Assembly: GCA_963711565.1 (NCBI GenBank)
Contig: CAVQEQ010000001.1
Coordinates: forward strand, 896,001-960,000
DNA length: 64,000 nucleotides
Direction of reading: 5' to 3'
Source: an uncultured delta proteobacterium
GTDB taxonomy: Bacteria; Desulfobacterota; Binatia; Binatales; Binataceae
The position numbers and the translations under genes are program-made. The notes under the pieces were generated by a model, which ran no database searches, was not told where the DNA came from, and saw only the letters and a list, made by a program, of their open reading frames with translations. Shown in pieces: positions 1 to 8,710 of this stretch. Positions within the stretch are counted from its first letter, which is position 1. The number at the start of each line of letters is the position of its first letter.

Positions 1-391
1 GATCCTTGTAGATTCTGCGCGCGAGACGGCTCTGCTCCTCGGGTGAGTCGGACGCTTTACCCAGGCGCGACGCATTCGGAATGGTGCGGAATCGGGCGAG
101 TCCGATCGCACTGGCAGCGGCAACGAGCGAGATCCATCCGATCCACCAGTGATACGCGCCGAACACAATCTCAATCACAATGATCAGCAAGGTCAGGAGC
201 ATCACAACTGCGATCAGCCGATTCATCGGCCATGCTTCCCGCGTCACGCGCCGGTAGTAGCCTGAGATCGACGCGAGCGCAGCCGCGGGAACCTGGTCAC
301 CGTCATGCCCCCGCACCTGAACGTCGAACATCAAATCGAACCAGAGTACGCAGATCAGGAATGCGGCCCCGGCCGCGGCGAATGTATGCAT
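1..391 (-). CDS. Hypothetical membrane protein, partial (runs off the window start)
   Basis: Manual translation from ATG at 391: MHTFAAAGAAFLICVLWFDLMFDVQVRG...PMNRLIAVVMLLTLLIIVIEIVFG..., open to position 1, with hydrophobic segments; directly downstream of the Rrf2 gene. Confidence 0.7.
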   Translation of the reverse strand, partial: MHTFAAAGAAFLICVLWFDLMFDVQVRGHDGDQVPAAALASISGYYRRVTREAWPMNRLIAVVMLLTLLIIVIEIVFGAYHWWIGWISLVAAASAIGLARFRTIPNASRLGKASDSPEEQSRLARRIYKD

Positions 392-406
392 GGCGAAGAA
401 TCTTTC

Positions 407-841
407 CTAGATGCTGTAGTTGATTGCGTGCTTGCGCTTTTCGGCGAGCGTCTGAAGCGTCACTCCGCGCAGGATGCCGTTGACACTATCGCGCACCTCG
501 CGCCACACCTCGCGCATCGCACACGGCTGCTCGCGCGGGCAGGTCGATGAGCTTTCCTCGAGGCATTCGACGGGCGTGTAGTCGCCCTCGATTATCTCGA
601 CAACGTCCGCCATCGTGATCCTCGCCGGCGGCCGCGCCAGCATGTAGCCGCCGCTCGGTCCCTTCTGGCTGGCGACTAGGCCCCCGCGCTTGAGCTCGAT
701 AAGGAGCCGGCGCAGGTAGTTCTCCGGGATGTCCTGGGTCGCCGCTATTTCCTCGACTCGGACAGGCAAAGTGGTAGGATAACGCTCCGCCAACAGCAGA
801 AGCGCCTTCAAGGAGTAATCAACGCCGACGCCGAACTTCAT
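407..841 (-). CDS. Rrf2-family transcriptional regulator (IscR/CymR-like, 3 Cys Fe-S ligands)
   Basis: wHTH with YLRRLL...GLVASQKGPSGGYMLARP...ITMADVVEIIEG and C-x7-C-x5-C; divergent from sulfate assimilation genes. Confidence 0.92.
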   Translation of the reverse strand: MKFGVGVDYSLKALLLLAERYPTTLPVRVEEIAATQDIPENYLRRLLIELKRGGLVASQKGPSGGYMLARPPARITMADVVEIIEGDYTPVECLEESSSTCPREQPCAMREVWREVRDSVNGILRGVTLQTLAEKRKHAINYSI

Positions 842-906
842 GATTTTTTACTGAACTTCCGGCACAAATCTAGCACAATACCGCAATAACTGGAATACGC
901 GACCGG

Positions 907-952
907 CTTAGTCATCTACTTAATTGACTAAGTAACTCATCTAAGTTACCTT
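907..952 (+). promoter_or_regulatory. Sigma70-like promoter of the sir-cysH operon overlapped by a candidate Rrf2 operator
   Basis: TTGACT(924-929)-N17-TACCTT(947-952); perfect inverted repeat CTTAGTCA(907-914)-N10-TGACTAAG(925-932). Confidence 0.6.
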
Positions 953-976
953 TTAGATTCGCAGGAGATTCGATTC

Positions 977-2596
977 GTGCCGAAGAGGGAACCGCAATCG
1001 TGGGAAATGGTGCTGAAGCGCAATTCGGTCGAGCGCCTTAAGCACGACCTGTTTCCCACCGAGCTGACCGGTCAATGGAACCGGCTGGTGGAGACCTCGT
1101 ACGAAAAACTCCCCGAGGAAGACATCGTGCGGCTCCAGTGGTTCGGCATGTACCACGACAAGCCGAAGATCGGCACGTTCATGATGCGGGTCAAAATTCC
1201 CAGCGGCATCCTGAGTGCCGAGGGGCTCCGCGCAATCGGTGAAATCTCCGAGACCTACGGCCGCGACCAGGGCGAGTTGACGACGCGCCAGAATATCCAG
1301 CTGCATTACATCACGCTCGACAAGTTTCCCGAGATTCTCGACAAGCTGAAGGGCTGTGGGCTGACGACGATGGGCGGATGCGGCAACGTCGTGCGCAACA
1401 TCACGGGATGCCCGGTCGCCGGCGTCGATCCCGACGAAGTTTTCGACGTGACGCCGCTGATTGCCGAGACTGCGGGATTCTTCTACGGCAATCGCGAGTA
1501 CTCCGACCTGCCGCGCAAGCACAAGATCTCGATCGCCGCATGCAATCATCAGTGCAACGCGCCCGAAATCAACTGCGTCTCGCTGATCGCGATGCTGAAA
1601 GAGGGACGCGAGGGCTTTGCGGTGCGCGTCGGCGGCGGCCAGTCCTCGACGCCGCGCCTGTCGCGACACCTCGGCGTGTTCATCGCGCGCGATCAGGCGA
1701 TGCCGGTGATGCGCGCCATCATCGACGTGTGGCAGGGCACCACCGAGTACCGGATGTCGCGCGTCAAGGCGCGGCTCAAGTTCATGATCGACGACTACGG
1801 CCCCGAGGAATTTCGCAAGCTGGTCGAAGCCAAGCTCGGTTTCGCGCTCGATAATCTCGCCGAGATGCCGCTCCCCGAGACCGAGAGCGATCACATGGGC
1901 ATCCACGGGCAGAAGCAGCCGGGGCTCAACTACGTCGGCTTCCCGGTTTACCTCGGCTTGATGAGCGGGCGGCAGATGCGCGAGATTGCGGCGCTGACGG
2001 CGTCGTTCGGCGGTGATATCCGCCTCACGCGCCGCCAGAATTTCATCATCACCGGTATTCCTACTGCGCAGCTCGACGATGTGATCGCGCAGGTCGGCGC
2101 GATCGGTTTTCCGCTCGAAGCGAACGGGCTTTACGCGTCGTCGATCGGATGCATCGGCGATCCGCATTGCAACTACGCTGTCACTCCCACCAAGACCAAG
2201 CTCGCGACGATCATCGAGCGGCTGGTGAACGAGTTCGGCGATCAGGTCGGCGGCCTCAAGCTGAATCTCGACGGATGCCCGCACGCATGCGCGCAGCATT
2301 GGACCGGCGACATCGGGCTGCAGGGCACGACCAGCCGCGGGCAGGCGGGCGAGCCGATCGAGTCGTTCGACATCATCCTGCGCGGCGGTCTGGGCAAGGA
2401 CGCGGCGATAGGCAAGCCGATAGTTCGCCGAGTCCCGTCGCCGCTGGTTGAGGATTACGTGTCGCGGCTGTTCGGGACTTACCTCGAACGGCGCGACGCC
2501 AACGAAACGTTCTCCCACTTTTGCGTGCGCACGTCCGACGCCGAACTGATTTCGGTCGCAAGTGGAAACGCAAGCGGCGCCGACGCCGCCGCATGA
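977..2596 (+). CDS. Nitrite/sulfite reductase (siroheme, ferredoxin-dependent Sir type)
   Basis: TTRQNIQLH, LPRKHKI, CIGDPHC and GCPHACAQHWTGDIG motifs; adjacent to cysH; GGAGA RBS before GTG. Confidence 0.92.
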   Translation: MPKREPQSWEMVLKRNSVERLKHDLFPTELTGQWNRLVETSYEKLPEEDIVRLQWFGMYHDKPKIGTFMMRVKIPSGILSAEGLRAIGEISETYGRDQGELTTRQNIQLHYITLDKFPEILDKLKGCGLTTMGGCGNVVRNITGCPVAGVDPDEVFDVTPLIAETAGFFYGNREYSDLPRKHKISIAACNHQCNAPEINCVSLIAMLKEGREGFAVRVGGGQSSTPRLSRHLGVFIARDQAMPVMRAIIDVWQGTTEYRMSRVKARLKFMIDDYGPEEFRKLVEAKLGFALDNLAEMPLPETESDHMGIHGQKQPGLNYVGFPVYLGLMSGRQMREIAALTASFGGDIRLTRRQNFIITGIPTAQLDDVIAQVGAIGFPLEANGLYASSIGCIGDPHCNYAVTPTKTKLATIIERLVNEFGDQVGGLKLNLDGCPHACAQHWTGDIGLQGTTSRGQAGEPIESFDIILRGGLGKDAAIGKPIVRRVPSPLVEDYVSRLFGTYLERRDANETFSHFCVRTSDAELISVASGNASGADAAA

Positions 2597-2614
2597 ACCG
2601 GGTATAGCGCCCTG

Positions 2615-2772
2615 GCAGAGTGTTGAAGAACTCGATGCAACTCTTCGATTTGATTTCAAGCGCTTCAACACGCTGCGTAGAAGCTGTCTTCTTACCTACA
2701 ACATCTCCCCCCTTGGGGGAGACAAGAGAGAGGGAGCAGGCGTTGAAAATTAATTTTTCAACAGCCTGCTAA
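2615..2772. repeat. Cluster of MITE/REP-like inverted repeats
   Basis: GCAGAGTGTTGAAG(2615-2628)/CTTCAACACGCTGC(2663-2676); hairpin TCTCCCCCCTTGGGGGAGA(2704-2722); AGCAGGCGTTGAAAAT/TTTTTCAACAGCCTGCT(2735-2770). Confidence 0.65.
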
Positions 2773-2782
2773 GGATTTCGTC

Positions 2783-3619
2783 ATGGCGGCAGGAACCCAA
2801 TTCAACGAAGAAGTCGAAGCGCCCGAACTGAGTCTTATCATGGACGAACTCGAGGCGGGTGAAGCCGCCGTCGAGCTCGACGACAAGGAACCGCAGGAAG
2901 TCCTGGCATGGGCTATCGAAAGGTTCGGCAAGGAATTGGCGATTTGCTGCAGCTTCCAGGCTGATGGCTGTGCTCTTATCGACATGGCGCACAAGATCGA
3001 TCCTCGCATCCGTGTGTTCACGATCGACACGGGCCGGATGCCGCAGGAGACCTATGACGTAATCGATAAGTATCGCACGCGCTACGGCATCAACGTCGAA
3101 GTGTTCATGCCCGACACCGCGGTCCTACAGCAGATGGTGACCAAGCACGGCAACAATCTGTTCTACAACAACGTCAACTTGCGGCTGCTATGCTGCCAGG
3201 TGCGCAAGGTGCTGCCGCTGCGCCGAGCGTTGATGAACTACAGCGCATGGGTGACGGGACTTCGTCGCGATCAGTGGGCGACGCGCTCGAATATCCGCAA
3301 AATCGAAATCGATCACGACCACGGCGGTATCGTGAAGCTGGCTCCTTTAGCCGACTGGCAGGATGAAGAAGTCTGGAACTACATCCGCGCCAACAACGTC
3401 CCTTACAACGCGCTCTACGACAAGGGCTACAAGTCGATAGGATGCGCCCCATGCACGCGCGCCGTAGCCGAGGGCCAGGACGCTCGCGCGGGCCGATGGT
3501 GGTGGGAAACGGGCGCGCCCAAGGAATGCGGGATGCATTGCGCGATCGAAACCGGTGGCTTCGAGCACGAGCTGGCATCACTCCTAGGCCAGAACGAAGG
3601 CAGCCGTCCTAAGTCTTAG
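2783..3619 (+). CDS. cysH: APS/PAPS reductase
   Basis: IDTG, CCQVRKV, WVTGLRRDQ, GYKSIGCAPCT, RAGRW and KECGMH motifs (Fe-S-type APS reductase). Confidence 0.95.
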   Translation: MAAGTQFNEEVEAPELSLIMDELEAGEAAVELDDKEPQEVLAWAIERFGKELAICCSFQADGCALIDMAHKIDPRIRVFTIDTGRMPQETYDVIDKYRTRYGINVEVFMPDTAVLQQMVTKHGNNLFYNNVNLRLLCCQVRKVLPLRRALMNYSAWVTGLRRDQWATRSNIRKIEIDHDHGGIVKLAPLADWQDEEVWNYIRANNVPYNALYDKGYKSIGCAPCTRAVAEGQDARAGRWWWETGAPKECGMHCAIETGGFEHELASLLGQNEGSRPKS

Positions 3620-3628
3620 GGATAGACG

Positions 3629-4123
3629 ATGGCGAGCGACGACCAGCCCGGCGCGGGCGAATCGATAACGCTCGACACTCTCCAGCGCAACGTCCTAGTC
3701 CCCCAAATCCAGGCGTTCCTCGACGCGACGAATGATCCTCAAGCCCGCGAGACTTATCTAAGTCTCAAGTCCGCGGTCGAGTCACTCGAAATACCATCAG
3801 TCTTACAACTAAGACTAGGCGCGATCGTAGAAGTAGCACTAACCAGCGGCCGAGTAAGACGCCTATTCGGCCCCGCCGCAGAGCTATCGCTAAACGCCCT
3901 CTTCCTAAAAACCCCGCGCGGCCGCGAAGTAGCTCAATCACTGGCCGAATTGAACAAAGCCCTGGCAACCCTCAAAGGCCAAACAGTCGAGCAGATAACA
4001 TCGTCGCAAAGAAGCCCCGGGGCCTACTCCCTTACCCTCAAAACCAATAACTGCCAAATCGTAATCCGCTTCGAACAAGCCGGGGTCAGAGTAGAAAGCC
4101 TGGAAGTAGATCTAGATAGGTAG
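3629..4123 (+). CDS. Hypothetical protein, likely co-transcribed with cysH
   Basis: 164-aa ORF starting 9 nt after the cysH stop; strongly aberrant A-ending codon use. Confidence 0.75.
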   Translation: MASDDQPGAGESITLDTLQRNVLVPQIQAFLDATNDPQARETYLSLKSAVESLEIPSVLQLRLGAIVEVALTSGRVRRLFGPAAELSLNALFLKTPRGREVAQSLAELNKALATLKGQTVEQITSSQRSPGAYSLTLKTNNCQIVIRFEQAGVRVESLEVDLDR

Positions 4124-4160
4124 CGCGGGGTTGCGGGCGCCGGACCGCTAGAGCGTCCGT

Positions 4161-4249
4161 CGAGATTCTTCGCTACAGCAGCTTTCGCTCAGAATGACAC
4201 AAGAGAGTCCAACGCCTTTCCGTCATCCTGAGCTATGCGAAGGATCTCG
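4161..4249. repeat. Inverted pair of GTCATCCTGAGC...GCGAAGGATCTC-type REP elements
   Basis: Reverse complement of 4161-4198 (GTCATTCTGAGC...GCGAAGAATCTCG) matches 4222-4249 (GTCATCCTGAGCTATGCGAAGGATCTCG). Confidence 0.75.
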
Positions 4250-4278
4250 CGCGAAGCGCGTCCTATCGACAACGCTCG

Positions 4279-4590
4279 CTACAGTTCTAGTCGCTCGGGC
4301 GGAACGCCCTCAGCTTTCGCCTTTTTGGACCGCTTTAGTTGAACCAATAACAGGTAGAGTACTACGGGCGCTCCGCAATAGAAGGAGATATCGACCATCC
4401 AGTCGTTATAAAAGTACGATTCCGTAGCAGTTAGATATACTAAACTTCCCTGAATTCGGACCGGATAAATTGCGCCCAGAGCACGGTCTGGTGTCCTCGG
4501 CGCTGTCGCTGGGAAGTACAACCCTAAGCACGCTTGACTTACCGCCACGATAACAGAGATGGAAAGCAGAAGTCGCCTAAGGATCTGCAT
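4279..4590 (-). CDS. Small low-GC membrane protein (orphan)
   Basis: MQILRRLLLSISVIVAVSQACLGLYF...; two hydrophobic segments; AT-richer than the flanks. Confidence 0.55.
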   Translation of the reverse strand: MQILRRLLLSISVIVAVSQACLGLYFPATAPRTPDRALGAIYPVRIQGSLVYLTATESYFYNDWMVDISFYCGAPVVLYLLLVQLKRSKKAKAEGVPPERLEL

Positions 4591-4644
4591 GGCGGTAAGT
4601 CTGTCGGGCGAACTACCGGTCTCTATTTTCATCCAAGGCTCTCC

Positions 4645-5943
4645 CTACGGCTCCAACCGCTCCATCATCCGCGGGAACGGCACCGTCTCCCTGATGTGAT
4701 GTATCCCGCAGAGCCAGCCGGTCATGCGCTCGATGCCCATGCCGAAGCCGGCGTGCGGGACTGAGCCGTAGCGGCGCAGATCGAGGTACCATTCGAAGGG
4801 AGCGAGCGGCAACCTGTGCGACGTAATCTTGGTGCGCAGGGTTTCGTAGTCGTCCTCGCGCTGTCCGCCGCCGATTATTTCGCCGTGACCTTCGGGCGCG
4901 AGCATATCGACGCATAGCGCAACGTCGGGACGCGCGGGGTCCTGCTTCATGTAGAACGCCTTGCACGCTGTCGGGTAGCGATGCACCATCACGGGCCGAT
5001 CGAATTCCTCCGACAGCGCGGTTTCCTCGTCGCCGCCGAAGTCGTCGCCCCAGTTGACGGCGACGCCTTTCTTTTTCAGCCGTTCGATCGCTTCGTCATA
5101 GCTGATGCGTGGATATGGAAGCTGCGCCGCCGACTGTAGCTTGGTCGTATCGCGATCGAGGGCTTTCAGCTCGGCGCCGCGCCGTTCGAGCACGCGGCCT
5201 ACGATGTACGACACGAACTGCTCAGCCAGTTCCATATCGCCGGCTAGGTCGCAGTACGCGACCTCCGGCTCGACCATCCAGAATTCCGTCAGATGACGCC
5301 GCGTTTTGGATTTCTCCGCGCGAAATGTCGGGCCGAAGCAGTACACCTTGCCGAACGCGAGCGCGCCCGCCTCCGCGTAGAGCTGTCCGCTCTGCGTCAG
5401 GTACGCCTTGCGCTCGCCGAAGTAGTCGAGCTCGAACAGGTTGGTGGTGCCCTCGCACGAAGTCGGAGTCAGAATCGGCGCGTCGAACAGGACGAAGCCG
5501 CGCTCGTGGAAAAAATCGCGGCATGCCGAGGCCACCTCGCTGCGCACCCGCAGTATCGCGTGCTGGCGCGACGACCGAATCCACAGATGACGGTTGTCGA
5601 GCAGGAACGCGACGCCATGCTCCTTGTTTGTGATCGGATAATCGGTCGCCGGCGACACGATCTCGAGCGACTTCATCGTCAATTCGAATCCCCCCGGCGC
5701 GCGCTTGTCCTCGCGCACGATGCCGGTCACTTCGAGCGACGTTTCCTGGCCCATATGATCGGCCGCCGCGAAACGCTCCGCGCCGAGATCGGCGAGCGAC
5801 GCCACGCATTGGCATACACCGGTGCCGTCGCGCACCTGCAGGAAATGGATCTTGCCGCTCGACCGCTTGCCCGCGAGCCAGCCGTTGAGCGTGACCTCGT
5901 TTCCGACGTGATGCGACAGTTCTTCGATATAAACTCGCGCCAT
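4645..5943 (-). CDS. asnS: Asparagine--tRNA ligase
   Basis: OB-fold N-terminus; [53 protein letters not shown]. Confidence 0.96.
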   Translation of the reverse strand: MARVYIEELSHHVGNEVTLNGWLAGKRSSGKIHFLQVRDGTGVCQCVASLADLGAERFAAADHMGQETSLEVTGIVREDKRAPGGFELTMKSLEIVSPATDYPITNKEHGVAFLLDNRHLWIRSSRQHAILRVRSEVASACRDFFHERGFVLFDAPILTPTSCEGTTNLFELDYFGERKAYLTQSGQLYAEAGALAFGKVYCFGPTFRAEKSKTRRHLTEFWMVEPEVAYCDLAGDMELAEQFVSYIVGRVLERRGAELKALDRDTTKLQSAAQLPYPRISYDEAIERLKKKGVAVNWGDDFGGDEETALSEEFDRPVMVHRYPTACKAFYMKQDPARPDVALCVDMLAPEGHGEIIGGGQREDDYETLRTKITSHRLPLAPFEWYLDLRRYGSVPHAGFGMGIERMTGWLCGIHHIRETVPFPRMMERLEP

Positions 5944-6043
5944 GCGCCAATTTAAGCATATCTATGCGCAAGTACAGGAGCGCGGACGCGTCGCGCGCTT
6001 CGAGTTCATCAGCTAGGCTCGTCAGTGGGGAGGGGAAGGGCGG

Positions 6044-6646
6044 ATGAACGGGCTGAACGGGTTCGACTACGTTGCGATCGCGCTGTTCGCGGTCGGCGCA
6101 ATCTACGGACTACAAAGGGGCGCGCTCAGGATGGTGACGTCGGTGGTAGCGCTGGCGGCCGCCGTCTATTGCGCGTCGTTCTACTACAACAAGGCCGGGG
6201 CGCTCGCGGAGACGCAGCTCGGATCCTCGCACGCAGTGGGCGCAGTAATCGGCTTCGTCGCGGTCTTCGCTTTGATCTTCGCAGCCGTGGAAATTATCGG
6301 CTCGTCGGCGATTCGTCTCGCGCAGATCGTTCACCTGAGCCCGCTGGATCGATTGGCCGGCGCCATTCTCGGTGCGGGCATCGCAGCAGTCTTTGCGGGA
6401 TTGGCCGTGATGCTGATGGCGGCGGTGATGCCGCCTGACGCGGCTCTGCTGCACAACTCGCAACTGGTGCCGATGCTGCTGGCATACAACGAGATTCTGG
6501 TGGGATACATCCCGGGCGACGCGAAGCTCGCCTACGAGCACAATCGCGACGACCTGATGAAATACTGGGTGCAGAACGCGGTGAAGGTCGCGAACTCCGC
6601 GCCGGCACCGTCGCCTGCCGCCTCGCCTTCGCCTTCGACGAAGTGA
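6044..6646 (+). CDS. CvpA (colicin V production) family membrane protein
   Basis: N-terminal D..(A/I) GLQRG pattern, four TM segments, LDRLAGAILG motif. Confidence 0.85.
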   Translation: MNGLNGFDYVAIALFAVGAIYGLQRGALRMVTSVVALAAAVYCASFYYNKAGALAETQLGSSHAVGAVIGFVAVFALIFAAVEIIGSSAIRLAQIVHLSPLDRLAGAILGAGIAAVFAGLAVMLMAAVMPPDAALLHNSQLVPMLLAYNEILVGYIPGDAKLAYEHNRDDLMKYWVQNAVKVANSAPAPSPAASPSPSTK

Positions 6647-6655
6647 TCGGAAAAT

Positions 6656-6994
6656 CTAGAAGACGTTCAGCGTGCCCAAGTGCCGATGAGCGGCGAGGGC
6701 CTTGCCGGCACGTCTTTTCACGCGCTCATCCGGATCGCGCCGAAACTTCTCAAGGACGGCGAGGATGCGCGTCTCGTAGACCGAAGGGGAACCGTCGCAA
6801 AGCACGTGAACAAGCCATCGGCGCACGTGCGGATCGGGATCGTCGGCCATCTCGATGAATCGATCCCAAATCTGCGAATCGTGGACCTTAACCTCACACG
6901 GACACAGAGCCCGCACAGCTTCGAGCCGTGCTTTAGAATCGCCGTCTCTGCTCAGTTCGAGCAGGCGCGGAATCTCTGAGCCCGGAGTGCGCAT
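6656..6994 (-). CDS. HEAT-repeat protein
   Basis: Repeated DGDSKAR/DPDPHVR/DPDERVK units; LCPCEV. Confidence 0.7.
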   Translation of the reverse strand: MRTPGSEIPRLLELSRDGDSKARLEAVRALCPCEVKVHDSQIWDRFIEMADDPDPHVRRWLVHVLCDGSPSVYETRILAVLEKFRRDPDERVKRRAGKALAAHRHLGTLNVF

Positions 6995-7048
6995 CGCAAC
7001 CTTGAGATGAAAATGATCGCTGCGGAATTTTGCGTTCGCAGATCGCGC

Positions 7049-7381
7049 TTACGCGATTGCGCCGTCAACGGCCTGCACCAGCCGGGCCTTCGGCACCGCG
7101 CCGATGATCTGTTCCTTGACCTGCCCGCCCTTGATGATGAGCAGATTCGGGATGCCGCGGACGCCGTAACGTCCGGGAGTCTGCGGATTGTCGTCAACGT
7201 TGATCTTCGCAATCTTCAGGCGGCCGGAATACTCGCCCGCGAGATCGTCGAGGATCGGCGCGATCGCGCGGCATGGTCCGCACCACGGCGCCCAGAAATC
7301 GACCAGCACGGGAGTGTCGGACTTCAGAACTTCCTGGTCAAAGCTCGCGTCGGTAACGTGAACGATTTTGTCGCTGGACAT
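7049..7381 (-). CDS. trxA: Thioredoxin
   Basis: [17 protein letters not shown]. Confidence 0.96.
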   Translation of the reverse strand: MSSDKIVHVTDASFDQEVLKSDTPVLVDFWAPWCGPCRAIAPILDDLAGEYSGRLKIAKINVDDNPQTPGRYGVRGIPNLLIIKGGQVKEQIIGAVPKARLVQAVDGAIA

Positions 7382-7514
7382 CGGAACTTATTCTCCTGTG
7401 CTGTGGGTCGCAGCTTGAACATAAGTACGGCTGGGCACCCAGTCAAGGCGGCCGTTCGGGCGCGCGCGATTTGCACTTGATCCAGTTGCCGAATCCACTA
7501 CCCTTGGAGGCGCC

Positions 7515-7835
7515 ATGCCTGCACCAATGATGAATGACGTGTTGCCCGACCTGCTCGAGGAGATGGTTTATCTGCTCAAGCAGCAGGGCGCCGATCCGCT
7601 CGAATCCAAGCTGCGCGCGCTGAGAATCGAATCGGTTTGCGATTGTGGCGACGAGAATTGCGCGAGCTTCGCGACCGCTGCCGAGGTGAAGGTCGCCAAC
7701 TACGTCGAGCTGCAATCGATCGAGGGCCAGGTCATTATCGACTTGAACGCCAACGACGACATCTGTTTCATCGAGGTGCTCGGCCGTCCCGACGTAAAAT
7801 ATCTGCTCGAGGAATTTTACGACGCGCAGAGCTGA
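7515..7835 (+). CDS. Hypothetical acidic Cys-motif protein
   Basis: CDCGDENCASF motif; GGAGG RBS upstream. Confidence 0.7.
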   Translation: MPAPMMNDVLPDLLEEMVYLLKQQGADPLESKLRALRIESVCDCGDENCASFATAAEVKVANYVELQSIEGQVIIDLNANDDICFIEVLGRPDVKYLLEEFYDAQS

Positions 7836-7853
7836 GCGGCGCGCCTCGCGACT

Positions 7854-8687
7854 CTAGCCCGCTGCACGCTTCTGCGGCGCGACGCTGAACCGCTCGACGA
7901 ACCCCGCGACCTCATCCACCACCCGCTCTTTCTCGCTGTCCACCGTGATCACGTGGTAGCTCTCCTCGAGCTCGACCGCGCGCTTCTCGGCGCTGCCCAG
8001 ATGCCTCATCACGTAGTCGAGATTTTTCCGCATCGGGCACGTGTGATCGCGCGGGGCATGCATCACCAGCGCGGGCTGTGTGATCCGCGACAGCATCGGC
8101 TTCACCATCGCGCTCAACTCGAACAGCTTCAACGGCGCCGACAACGGCATCAGATGACAAGTGGGATGCACCGACTTTGCCGCCGCGTCGTGGATGTCCG
8201 ATCCCCCGCGACTGTACAAGTAGATGCTGTCGACGAGTGAGCCGAGTAGTCCGCGCAAGCCTTTCAGCATGATGGTGGTTGAACGCGGCAGAAAAAATGC
8301 CGGAGAGAGCAGCGTCACTCCCGCGATCGCCTCGCCTTGATCCGCAGTGAGCCGCGCCGCCAACACCGCGCCCATCGACAGTCCGACTACCACGACCGGC
8401 TCGCCGTGTTGCCGCAGCTCCTCGAGTCCGTTGACGACGCTTTCATACCAATTGTCGTAACCTGCCTCGCCCAACTCCTCCGGCGTTCCGGCGTGACCCG
8501 CCAGTTTGACGCCGCGCACGCGCACGCCGCGGGCAGCCAGCCGCTCGCCAAGGTAGCGCATCTCGTAGGGAGTTCCCGTCAGACCGTGAACCAGCAGCGC
8601 GCTGACTCCGGCGCCGGGAAAGAAAAACTCGTTGGTATCGACGCCCGCTGACTGGCGCGATGGAGGTTCGTCGGAATCCGATTTCAT
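7854..8687 (-). CDS. Alpha/beta hydrolase (carboxylesterase, Est30-like)
   Basis: HGLTG, GLSMG nucleophile elbow, D and H triad residues (RDHT, SYHVI); start placed at ATG 8687. Confidence 0.88.
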   Translation of the reverse strand: MKSDSDEPPSRQSAGVDTNEFFFPGAGVSALLVHGLTGTPYEMRYLGERLAARGVRVRGVKLAGHAGTPEELGEAGYDNWYESVVNGLEELRQHGEPVVVVGLSMGAVLAARLTADQGEAIAGVTLLSPAFFLPRSTTIMLKGLRGLLGSLVDSIYLYSRGGSDIHDAAAKSVHPTCHLMPLSAPLKLFELSAMVKPMLSRITQPALVMHAPRDHTCPMRKNLDYVMRHLGSAEKRAVELEESYHVITVDSEKERVVDEVAGFVERFSVAPQKRAAG

Positions 8688-8710
8688 CGTTGGTATTGCC
8701 ACGCGCTCCT

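Noticed and set aside
953-2671. Long antisense ORFs (also 8786-10621, 13933-15447, 23324-24463, 30076-31371)
   Set aside because: Shadow frames of high-GC genes with clear motifs on the opposite strand
3629-4123. Diversity-generating retroelement target
   Set aside because: No template/variable repeat pair and no reverse transcriptase in the window; the changes gain A at synonymous sites rather than randomising A
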